Shown here: positions 17,083 through 24,851 of the stretch, piece after piece
How positions within the stretch are numbered: position 1 is the stretch's first letter
Layout of the letters: each line of letters opens with the position of its first letter
NCBI GenBank assembly: GCA_017526205.1
Contig: JAFXRP010000201.1
Location: 11,404 to 43,403 of the forward strand
Length of the DNA stretch: 32,000 nt
Origin: Bacteroidales bacterium
GTDB lineage: Bacteria; Bacteroidota; Bacteroidia; Bacteroidales; ML635J-15
Direction: 5' to 3'
The notes under the pieces: generated by a model
What the model saw: only the letters and a program-made list of their open reading frames with translations
What the model was told of the DNA's origin: nothing
Databases searched by the model: none
Position numbers and translations under genes: made by a program

Positions 17083-17101
17083 ATTTATCGCTATTGTAAG
17101 A

Positions 17102-20100
17102 TTACTTTACAACATTGAGTTTTACAACTTCAGCGTCAACCTTTACGAAGTAGGTTCCGTTTGCGAAGCTGCTAACGTCGATAGTCTGGTTAGCAGCAGC
17201 ATTTTCGATGCTTGCAACAACCTGACCGAGAGAGTTGATAACAACGATGTCCTTGCCTTCTGCATTTGCAATTGTTACCATGTCGCTAGTTGGGTTAGGA
17301 TAAACTGCGATAGCATCAGCAATGTTTTCTTCAGCAGAAGTATTTAATGCAACAGAGAAGTCATCAATCATTATAACATACATGTTGCTGTTTACATGGT
17401 GGAATCCGATGTAAATAGTTTGTCCAGCGTATGCTGCCAAAGAAACCGTTCTCATTTCCCATTCTGTATTAGGTGTATGAGAAAGAACTGCACTATTTGC
17501 TGTCATGCCTGCTACAGTTGGTTCTGTTCCTACATGTACAGTATAAGTATCTTGGTCGGTATCATCAAAGTTCAAAGCATACCATGTTGCGAGGTATTCA
17601 CCGCTTGCTGGTAATACGATAGCACTTGTTATCATCCAGTTGTCAGCATTGAATTCACCTACATAGTTTCTGTATGATTCAGACATAACAGCGTTTGTAC
17701 CTCCATGAGCATATTCTGCAGCATTTGTTCCGAAAATTGGATTTTCAGAAACCCCCATCCAATTGTATCCGTCGCCATCAGCATCAATAAGAGTCCAGCA
17801 TGCTGGAATTCCATTTTCAAAACCTTCTTCGTATGGGAAAGTAGTGATAGGATCGCAGCTAACCAATGTGAATGTTGCGGTCAATTCGTTGTCGTCAGCA
17901 TCATCTTCGGTATCGTTTGGCTTTGAAACCTTAACAGTGATTGTGTATTCACCAGTAGCTTCCGGAGTGAAAGGAACTGAATGAGTGAAGTTGTGTGTTG
18001 CACCTTCAGCAACGTTACATTCGATAGTGTCGTTTGCAACAAATTCGCCTTCACCAACCTTGTAGGTAACAATGTAGCTTGTGATAGCACAGCTATTGTT
18101 GGTGATAGTACCAGCAATGTTGATTGATTCTGCGAATGGAATTATAGCTTCGTCAGCAGGAACGATAGAAGTAAGTTCGATTTCTGGAACCATCTTTTCG
18201 ATTGTGCCAGCTACGGTGTCATTGGTGTGGTTTTCGTCACCAGCCAAAGTTATGTAAGCGACAACATCGTATTCGCCAGCTTCTGCCAATGTCATAGGAG
18301 TTTCGAATGTGAATACATACGAAGAATCGAGTGCAAGAGCATTTTCCAAAGTGAATTCCTGTGAAACAGGTGCATTGTCGTCAACCTTGTAAGCTGCTGT
18401 GAAAGTTGTCAAAGGAGCAGTACCATTGTTTGTGATAGTAGCAGTGATTGTGCTTGATTCGATTCCGCATCCCGAAGGTGTTCCGAAAGTAAGGTTGGAA
18501 ATGCTAGCCTCGTAAGGAGGAATAGCTTCAATATGGATGCTGTCGATAGAAAGACGGAGCATATCAGCTGCGCTGTAGCAGTAGAAACCTAAGTAGTAAA
18601 CACCCTCTTCTGCAACAACAAAGTTCTTGTTAGCAATAGCATTACTGTTCAATGAAGGATAGTCTTCAATCACGTTGGTCATTGCTTCAACAGTCGGAGC
18701 ATTTCCGTAGAATACCTTAAGGCTTTCAGGGAAACTCGACGATGCAACATGATGGAAACTCAACTTGTAAGAACCAGCAGGGATAGCGATGCATGAAGAA
18801 ATCAACCAGTCGTTTGCTGCATTGTTTGAGTTATATCTATAGCTTGCACCATAAGAACTTGCGTATGCCCAAGTTGAGCCGTCATTGTTTGCATCAACGA
18901 TTGTCCAGCCGTTGAGAGCCTCTTCGTTGTTAATTACCAATGTGTAAGGCAATGTTTCTGGAGCAAATCTGCTAAAGCTTCCTTCAGCTTCGTTGTCATC
19001 AGTATTGGTGTCGCCTTCCAATGTTGCAATTACTTCAACATCATAATCGCCATCAGCGTCAATAGTAATTGCCTGTTCGAATGTATATGTGTAAACAGAA
19101 TCACTTGCGATTGCTTGTGCAGGAGTTACGGTAACTTCTACAGGAGTACCTTCGTTTACTGCATACGAAAGACCAAATGATGAGATAGGTTCAGTACCAA
19201 CGTTCTTGACAGTAACGATAACTGTATTTGTTTCCAATGTACAATTCGATGCAGTACCAAAGTTAACATTAGTAACAGCAATGTCCTGAGCAAGGATTTC
19301 AAAGATGCTGAAATTATCAATATTTAGATAGAATTGATCAGATACGTTGAAATGACGTATTGCAATATAAACAGTCTGACCTGCATATGCACTGAGGTCT
19401 GTATTCTTTTCACCCCAAGTACCTTGTACTCTATGGTTACCACCGTTAGAGTTCATTGTCTCTTCCCACAACATTGTGAAAGCGGCTGTATCATTGGTTG
19501 TTGTAGAAATATAAACACCATAATGTTCTGCAGCATAACTTGCGTCCTGTCCGTTAGCATAGAATCTAAGATTAATAATATTTGTTGTTGTTGGCAATGT
19601 AATAGGAGGAGTTATCAACCAGTTGTCTGGATGCAAAGCTGTTCCATAATATGATGCAGAAGTTGCACAGAAACCTTGTCCTCCGTAACCAACAACACCA
19701 CCTGTAGTACTTACAAACCAGTTGTTGCCATCTTCATCTCCATCAACAAGAGTCCAGCATTGTGGAATGCCATTTTCAAAACCTTCTTCGTATGGGAAAG
19801 AAGTAATTGCAGCAGTACAATCATAGGTAATAGCAGTAAGAGCAATAGTCTGGTTGTCAACACCAGCTGTTGCAACAGTAACAGTTCCTGTTACATTAAG
19901 AGCTTCTGCATTTGCAGGAATGTACCTAACATAAAATGTTCCTGCGCCAGTCATAGTTGCGCTTGCACCAAAAGTAGTATTGTCTGCCGATACTTCGAAA
20001 GGAGCAGCAGTTGTGATTGTAATGTCATCGGTTAAGTTTGCAGCAACGATAGTTGCAGTTTTCGATGTAGTATTTGCATCTCCAACAAATCCAACGAATG

Positions 20101-20755
20101 ACATTTCGCTAGGAGATACCATCATTACAGGATCTGTACTGATTTCATCTTCTACTGTTGCTGTAATAATGTTGTTGTAGCTTAGGTCGTATTCGGTCAT
20201 AGAAACCAATTCGTCGCCAAATGCACCTATGCAAAGCAAATCGCCATTTGTTACAGCTGGTCCAGCATCCATTCCTAATGGATATCCTCCAGTTACAGTA
20301 ACTTCGTATGCTACCATAATTGCAGTTTCTGCTGGAATTTGGTAAGGAATAATTAAATTTATTTCGTTAACACCATTAACAAAAGTACATGCCTGTTCAT
20401 ATGCTACGACTGGTGCTTCTATAGTACCTGTAAGAATTCCAACTTTTCCTGATGTTATGACACTAGCATTATCAATACCAATAGTGATTTTTGTAATGTA
20501 CTGTCCAACGTAACTTGTAAGGTCTGCCGTTTCAAATCTTGATGCAGCATAAAGTGTTCCTGCACTTCCCGTTCCAATGCCATTTCCTTCGACATAATCA
20601 CCACAATGCTTTAGAGTTCCTGTTACGGCTCTAGTACTTTTGAAAGCAACTGAATTTTGGGAAGCCTTAAATGTCGGCTTCGTAAGTTGCTTTGTCTGTG
20701 CAAAGCCCATAGCTGCTACGAGCAATGCAATCATTAAAAATGTAAACTTTTTCAT
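17102..20755 (-). CDS. large modular T9SS cargo/adhesin-like protein (choice-of-anchor-J / cleaved-adhesin-like domains, CARDB-like Ig domains, C-terminal sorting domain)
   Basis: Signal peptide MKKFTFLMIALLVAAMGFAQ. Three FPYEEGFENGIP.CWT..D.DGDG..W-type domains alternate with three ..N.GT.P...F...Y.V.. Ig-like modules. The CTD reads AVYPNPTSDMVTIANAEGKDIVVINSLGQVV..GTYFVKVDAEVVKLNVVK. The ORF-track start at 20791 is a TTG, so I used the ATG at 20755. Confidence 0.85.
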   Translation of the reverse strand: MKKFTFLMIALLVAAMGFAQTKQLTKPTFKASQNSVAFKSTRAVTGTLKHCGDYVEGNGIGTGSAGTLYAASRFETADLTSYVGQYITKITIGIDNASVITSGKVGILTGTIEAPVVAYEQACTFVNGVNEINLIIPYQIPAETAIMVAYEVTVTGGYPLGMDAGPAVTNGDLLCIGAFGDELVSMTEYDLSYNNIITATVEDEISTDPVMMVSPSEMSFVGFVGDANTTSKTATIVAANLTDDITITTAAPFEVSADNTTFGASATMTGAGTFYVRYIPANAEALNVTGTVTVATAGVDNQTIALTAITYDCTAAITSFPYEEGFENGIPQCWTLVDGDEDGNNWFVSTTGGVVGYGGQGFCATSASYYGTALHPDNWLITPPITLPTTTNIINLRFYANGQDASYAAEHYGVYISTTTNDTAAFTMLWEETMNSNGGNHRVQGTWGEKNTDLSAYAGQTVYIAIRHFNVSDQFYLNIDNFSIFEILAQDIAVTNVNFGTASNCTLETNTVIVTVKNVGTEPISSFGLSYAVNEGTPVEVTVTPAQAIASDSVYTYTFEQAITIDADGDYDVEVIATLEGDTNTDDNEAEGSFSRFAPETLPYTLVINNEEALNGWTIVDANNDGSTWAYASSYGASYRYNSNNAANDWLISSCIAIPAGSYKLSFHHVASSSFPESLKVFYGNAPTVEAMTNVIEDYPSLNSNAIANKNFVVAEEGVYYLGFYCYSAADMLRLSIDSIHIEAIPPYEASISNLTFGTPSGCGIESSTITATITNNGTAPLTTFTAAYKVDDNAPVSQEFTLENALALDSSYVFTFETPMTLAEAGEYDVVAYITLAGDENHTNDTVAGTIEKMVPEIELTSIVPADEAIIPFAESINIAGTITNNSCAITSYIVTYKVGEGEFVANDTIECNVAEGATHNFTHSVPFTPEATGEYTITVKVSKPNDTEDDADDNELTATFTLVSCDPITTFPYEEGFENGIPACWTLIDADGDGYNWMGVSENPIFGTNAAEYAHGGTNAVMSESYRNYVGEFNADNWMITSAIVLPASGEYLATWYALNFDDTDQDTYTVHVGTEPTVAGMTANSAVLSHTPNTEWEMRTVSLAAYAGQTIYIGFHHVNSNMYVIMIDDFSVALNTSAEENIADAIAVYPNPTSDMVTIANAEGKDIVVINSLGQVVASIENAAANQTIDVSSFANGTYFVKVDAEVVKLNVVK

Positions 20756-20780
20756 TTCAATAAAATTTAGAATTAAGCAA

Positions 20781-20788
20781 CAAAAGTA
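20781..20788 (-). promoter_or_regulatory. Bacteroides-type -7 promoter box (TActTTTG on the minus strand)
   Basis: Plus strand reads CAAAagTA, 26 nt upstream of the ATG at 20755. It lies inside the spurious TTG extension. Confidence 0.45.
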
Positions 20789-20856
20789 CAACTATTTTTT
20801 GATTCACGATTTGTGAAAAGCGATTTTTTTATTAACAAAAAGCAGAGATATTTTTG

Positions 20857-20941
20857 GTTCAATGTTCAATGTTCAACGTTCAACGAGTTCAAAGTTCAAA
20901 GTTCAACGAACCTTGAACCCTTAAACCTTGAACCTTTAAAC
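20857..20941. repeat. heptamer array (GTTCAAN x7) abutting a complementary-orientation array; the last 35 nt is the left copy of a direct repeat flanking rnpB
   Basis: gttcaat gttcaat gttcaac gttcaac ga gttcaaa gttcaaa gttcaac, then cgaaccttgaacccttaaaccttgaacctttaaac (20907-20941). GTTCAA and TTGAAC blocks can pair as an imperfect hairpin. Confidence 0.8.
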
Positions 20942-20949
20942 ATAAAAAA

Positions 20950-21277
20950 GGTGAGTAGGCCGTAAGCCGAATTCTGTGGCATCCGGGGATGCTGTCTATC
21001 ATTTATCTGTGCATTCTACCCCTCGGCTCGGGCGGGCAACCCTATAACGCCGATATACATGAACTTGCAGCTTGCGGGGCGGACGGCTGACGGTGTCGCC
21101 ACCACCACCGGTGGGCTCTTACTCCACCTTCTCACCTTTACCTTGTCGCCAAGGAAGTCATTCTCTTCTCCGCTACCAAGCCTTCGCAGTCTTCTCCTAT
21201 TTCAGAAGCGCAATGCCCTGTGCTGTCCGGACTTTCCTCATTACTTTGCAGTAACGCGATAGACTGACCTACTCGGG
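20950..21277 (-). ncRNA. rnpB: RNase P RNA, bacterial type A
   Basis: The minus strand reads ...GAGUAGGUCAGUC..UGAGGAAAGUCCGGACAGCAC (the P4 5' strand / CR-I motif GAGGAAAGUCCGGAC). It continues ...GGUAAAGGUGAGAAGGUGGAGUAAGAGCCCACC...ACAGAAUUCGGCUUACGGCCUACUCACC (P4 3' strand / CR-V). The P1 helix GAGUAGGUC/GGCCUACUC closes the molecule and is followed by a U-run. End coordinates are good to about 5 nt. Confidence 0.88.
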
Positions 21278-21287
21278 GGCAAAGATA

Positions 21288-21472
21288 GTTAAAAGTTAAA
21301 AGTTGAAAGTTAAAAGTTGAAAAGTTTTGTGGGCTGACGAAAGTTTCATGGGCTAACGCCCGTTTCAAAGTTTCACGTTCAATGTTTAAAGTTCAACGTT
21401 CAATGTTTAACGTTAAAAGATTTTGTGGTGCTGAAGCCGAACCTTGAACCCTTAAACTTTGAACCTTAAACC
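21288..21472. repeat. heptamer arrays (GTTAAAA/GTTGAAA, then GTTTCAN/GTTCAAN) ending in the right copy of the direct repeat flanking rnpB
   Basis: gttaaaa gttaaaa gttgaaa gttaaaa gttgaaaa ... gtttcac gttcaat gtttaaa gttcaac gttcaat gtttaac gttaaaa. The repeat cgaaccttgaacccttaaactttgaaccttaaac lies at 21438-21471. Confidence 0.8.
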
Positions 21473-21474
21473 TC

Positions 21475-23457
21475 CTATTTTGCTACCATGAACTTAATGG
21501 CTTTGCGTTTCTTTTGAGCTTTCTTGTCGCCAACAAGAACTTTCAGATAGTAGTATCCGCTATTGTATTTGGAAACATCAATAATTGTATCCATGCTATC
21601 GATGATGCCACTATCCATAAACATACCCATTTCGTTGTATATCTGATATTCATAAATGTCTTTTGTTATGTCGTAGTTCGCCCTGACGGTGATTTGTCCT
21701 GATGATGTTGGGTTCGGGAAAATCTCGAAGTTTACAATTTCAGGTGTAGGTTCTGGTTCGGGTATTATAGGTTTGGGCAATACTTTGAGTGTAAGTGTGA
21801 CGATTGAGTCGCATCCTTCATCGTTTGTTAATGTTTGAGTGAAAGTATAATCGCCATCTTCGTGTATTGCTGCAATTTCGAAACCATTGTTTGTGTAGTC
21901 TGTATCAATCTCAATGCTGTCGATTAGCTCAATATTGTCGATTCTGCCGACTTCGAGACGGAGAACGACAATGCTGTCGCAGATGTTGCCTACTGAACCC
22001 GCAGCAAAGAACAATGTGTCGAATATGATGTTGTTGGTTCTGTTAACTATTTCGGAATATTCAATGTTAAAGCCATTGCCGTGGTATTCGTCACCACCGT
22101 CGCAGATATGCTCTGGGATGTTCACCTGATAGTGGTCGTCGACCCTTAGGTTAAGTTTTATGGTGCTGTCGCATCCATGCTGGCTTGTGAGCAGGTGCTG
22201 GTATGTGCCAGTTTGGTTTAGTTCCTGTCCGAAGAAGTTGTATGTTGCGCTTTCGCAAATTGTAAGGTCGATATTTGTTGTGTAGGTGTCGTTAACGGTG
22301 AGTCTCAATTCAACTACCGAATCGCATCCGTTAGCAAGCGGATATGAATTGCTATGGTTGAATGTTCCGGCATTGTTTTGCATTGGCAGAGTAAAACCAT
22401 TTTGGCTGTATGAGTCGCCCTTGCATATTTCATCAGATATTTGGTTTGTAACAATACCTCTGTAATGAACGGTATAAGTTTTTGCTTTGTCGCCATGAGT
22501 TACATTTATTGTAGCCGTATTTCCATCTGCTGACAATGTGGTTGAATATGATGCACGAGGTGATGCTGTTGTCGCTGAAATATAATTTGTAGAACCGCAT
22601 GGTACATCTATGTAATAATCTGTTGTATTCTGGTTGAAATTGGGAATTTCTGTGCCGTTTATGGTTATTGACGAGAGATTTGCATTGTATATTAGTTCAA
22701 TGTCATCAATGAAGAGTTCATCGTCTGCGCTACCTGCCATAGCCTCCCAGTTGGTCGAGAATGTTATAAGGATAAACTGCGGATCGTTTGACGGGCAACC
22801 TTCGTAATCGATAGGAGAAGAATGGCGGCGCCATCCGCTATTATCGACAGCAACACCACCAGAGGTATTTGTGAAGTTGTAAGATGGGACTTTACCAACT
22901 ATATGGGCTTCGTATCCAGCTTGATTTCCTGGCAGAGGGTCCTGAAGGTTGTAATTGTCGTGTATGTAAAGGTGGCAGCACGCTTGACTTGCATTGCTGG
23001 CGTTGTGAACCTTTGCCCAGAAAACTATTGAATCTGGTTTCGCGTTTAGGCGGTGATTGAATTCATTATTATCTTTTATTGTTCTGTTTCCGTTAGCAGA
23101 GTTGTTGGCATCCAATGAAACAAGTTGCATTTGTCCACTAGTTAGTGCTCCATTTGCGACAATACCCGCAAAAGGACTGGTCGAGTATATACGACACGAA
23201 TAATTTCCAGTTGAACCAGGCCTTACATTGTTTGAGCGCTCGTGCCTTTTCCCTTTTGCAGTACCACAACCTACCCACATAGTACAGTTTGCTGATGGAT
23301 AAGAGTTCCATCCTGTAGGTTCATCGTTATTGCCACCGTCCCATTGTTCGAAGCCTGGGTTTTCGAATTGATATACCTGTGAATATGTGTTTTGAGGGAT
23401 TGCTAAAGCAAAAATTGCAATTATTGCAGTAAAAAAAGTGAAATTCTTTATTCTCAT
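21475..23457 (-). CDS. T9SS cargo protein: PCMD-like N-terminal domain, cadherin-like beta-sandwich, four Cys-framed repeats, C-terminal sorting domain
   Basis: Signal peptide MRIKNFTFFTAIIAIFALAIPQNTYSQ. FENPGFEQWDG..EPTGWNS is PCMD-like, and LSSITINGTEIPNFNQNTTDYYIDVP is cadherin-like. Repeats end in GCDSVVELRLTV, GCDSTIKLNLRV, ICDSIVVLRLEV and GCDSIVTLTLKV. The CTD reads FEIFPNPTSSGQITV..YQIYNEMG..GYYYLKV. The ORF-track start at 23487 is a TTG, so I used the ATG at 23457. Confidence 0.8.
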   Translation of the reverse strand: MRIKNFTFFTAIIAIFALAIPQNTYSQVYQFENPGFEQWDGGNNDEPTGWNSYPSANCTMWVGCGTAKGKRHERSNNVRPGSTGNYSCRIYSTSPFAGIVANGALTSGQMQLVSLDANNSANGNRTIKDNNEFNHRLNAKPDSIVFWAKVHNASNASQACCHLYIHDNYNLQDPLPGNQAGYEAHIVGKVPSYNFTNTSGGVAVDNSGWRRHSSPIDYEGCPSNDPQFILITFSTNWEAMAGSADDELFIDDIELIYNANLSSITINGTEIPNFNQNTTDYYIDVPCGSTNYISATTASPRASYSTTLSADGNTATINVTHGDKAKTYTVHYRGIVTNQISDEICKGDSYSQNGFTLPMQNNAGTFNHSNSYPLANGCDSVVELRLTVNDTYTTNIDLTICESATYNFFGQELNQTGTYQHLLTSQHGCDSTIKLNLRVDDHYQVNIPEHICDGGDEYHGNGFNIEYSEIVNRTNNIIFDTLFFAAGSVGNICDSIVVLRLEVGRIDNIELIDSIEIDTDYTNNGFEIAAIHEDGDYTFTQTLTNDEGCDSIVTLTLKVLPKPIIPEPEPTPEIVNFEIFPNPTSSGQITVRANYDITKDIYEYQIYNEMGMFMDSGIIDSMDTIIDVSKYNSGYYYLKVLVGDKKAQKKRKAIKFMVAK

Positions 23458-23612
23458 ATATATGCCTTTTAAAATTTCAAGGCGCAAAGGTCTAATAAAT
23501 TTTTTGAATAATAGTTTTTTTGTGAGAGTTTTTTTAACGATGGGGTGTTGATGAGAGGTTGTTTGTTGATTCTAAGCCTTTGGTTTCTATGGTCTAAAGC
23601 CCGTTTCTGTAG

Positions 23613-23632
23613 AGACGCGCCATGGCACGTCT
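23613..23632. repeat. M2-type hairpin, variant stem (agacg-cgccatggca-cgtct)
   Basis: It has the same cgcgccatggcacg core as 23816-23835 and 27832-27854, but with compensatory changes in the outer stem. Confidence 0.7.
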
Positions 23633-23787
23633 TTACAGTAGGTGCGCCCGTTTCAAGTTTCTCGTTTCAGGGTTCAATGTTCAAAAGGGTTCAACGTTCA
23701 AGGATTTGAAAATTTGCTTGCGCGAGCTAAAGGTTGAAGATTCGAAAATTTAAAAATTCAACGATTCAATGATTGTAGATTGTAGGG

Positions 23788-23925
23788 GCGCAATGTTTTG
23801 CGACTATAAATATAGAATCGCGCCATGGCACGATTGCAATGATTTGCCCCGATTGAGACGCAAAATTTTGCGTCTGTACAATCGAATATATTATTTGCGT
23901 TTCATAGGCAAACGCCTGTTCGCCT
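23788..23925 (+). repeat. modular hairpin repeat, copy B (M1-M2-M3-M4 plus a conserved ~45-nt tail)
   Basis: gcgcaa-tgtt-ttgcg (23788-23803), aatcgcgccatggcacgatt (23816-23835), gattgcaatgatttgcccc, agacgcaaaattttgcgtct (23856-23875). The tail atcgaatatattatttgcgtttcataggcaaacgcctgttcgcc is about 90 percent identical to 27937-27981. Confidence 0.75.
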
Positions 23926-23994
23926 GCAAGCCTTTTTGCCCATTATCCAAATCAAAAATCGTAAATCGTAATTCGTCATTCTAAAATATTATTG

Positions 23995-24002
23995 TATTTT
24001 TG
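23995..24002 (+). promoter_or_regulatory. Bacteroides-type -7 promoter box TAttTTTG
   Basis: Exact consensus match, 15 nt upstream of the ATG at 24017. Confidence 0.45.
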
Positions 24003-24016
24003 TAAAAAGTTTAATC

Positions 24017-24787
24017 ATGAAGACAAAAGAAGAAATTGTAAGCGATTGGCTGCCGAGATATACGGGAAAGACACTTGATAGTTTTGGGGAATATATCCTG
24101 TTGACTAACTTTCAGTTGTATGTAGATTTGTTTGCCGAATGGAACAGTGTTCCTGTTGATGGGCTTGACCGAAATATGCCGAGTGCTACTGTTGATGGGA
24201 TTACCATAATAAATTTTGGTATGGGAAGCCCCAATGCGGCTATAATCATGGATTTGCTGAGTGCTGTTTCGCCTAAGGCAGTGCTGTTTCTTGGCAAGTG
24301 CGGTGGTTTGAAGGCAAAAAATAAGCTTGGCGATTTGATTCTGCCGATTGCTGCAATCCGTAGCGAAGGTACATCAAACGACTATCTGCCACCCGAAGTT
24401 CCTGCATTGCCGGCGTTTATGCTTCAGCGTGCCGTGTCAACTTCCATCAGGGACAATGGTCACGACTATTGGACGGGCACTGTTTTTACAACAAACCGCA
24501 GGGTATGGGAATACGATGAGCGTTTCAAGAAATATCTTATCAAAACTCGTGCTATGGCAGTCGATATGGAGACGGCAACGATATTTATCGTAGGTTTTGC
24601 AAATGAAATTCCGTGCGGTGCCTTGTTGCTGGTCAGCGATCAACCTATGGTGTCGTCGGGAGTGAAGACCGAAGCAAGCGACAAGAAGGTTACCGAGCAG
24701 TTCGTTCATGACCATTTAAAAATAGGTATAGATTCATTGAGGATAATTAAACGAGGTGGTTCGTCTGTGAAACATTTGAAATTCTAG
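24017..24787 (+). CDS. amn: AMP nucleosidase-like protein (short form; PNP/UDP phosphorylase family 1 fold)
   Basis: 256 aa. The N-terminus (EEIVSDWLPRYTGK..FGEYILLTNFQLYVDLFAEW) is typical of Bacteroidales short AMP nucleosidases. Nucleoside-phosphorylase motifs FGMGSPNAA, LGKCGG and AVDMETA are present. Confidence 0.65.
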   Translation: MKTKEEIVSDWLPRYTGKTLDSFGEYILLTNFQLYVDLFAEWNSVPVDGLDRNMPSATVDGITIINFGMGSPNAAIIMDLLSAVSPKAVLFLGKCGGLKAKNKLGDLILPIAAIRSEGTSNDYLPPEVPALPAFMLQRAVSTSIRDNGHDYWTGTVFTTNRRVWEYDERFKKYLIKTRAMAVDMETATIFIVGFANEIPCGALLLVSDQPMVSSGVKTEASDKKVTEQFVHDHLKIGIDSLRIIKRGGSSVKHLKF

Positions 24788-24789
24788 TA

Positions 24790-24811
24790 GAGCCGTTGCG
24801 AGCAACGGCTC
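24790..24811. terminator. hairpin downstream of the amn-like gene (gagccgttg-cgag-caacggctc)
   Basis: Perfect 9-bp stem directly after the stop codon. There is no U-run, so terminator function is uncertain. Confidence 0.35.
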
Positions 24812-24851
24812 CATAAAGTGTCCCAAAACGGGGAAATATGGATATATTGCA

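Noticed and set aside
21059-21368. ORFs 21059..21262, 21072..21254 (plus strand) and 21138..21368 (minus strand)
   Set aside because: They lie entirely within or across the RNase P RNA gene, whose CR-I and CR-V motifs and P1 helix are visible on the minus strand. Their composition is Pro/Ser/Leu-rich, as expected from translating a GC-rich structured RNA.
23613-23835. Possibility of a Bacteroides-style invertible promoter flanked by the two CGCGCCATGGCACG hairpins
   Set aside because: The two cores match perfectly only in direct orientation; the inverted alignment has two mismatches. No site-specific recombinase gene is nearby, and I cannot identify a promoter box inside the 183-nt segment. 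I keep it only as a remote possibility.
23769-23984. 71-aa ORF in the divergent region upstream of the amn-like gene
   Set aside because: It coincides exactly with hairpin-repeat copy B. The same DNA modules occur at two other intergenic sites in different orders, which is incompatible with a conserved protein.
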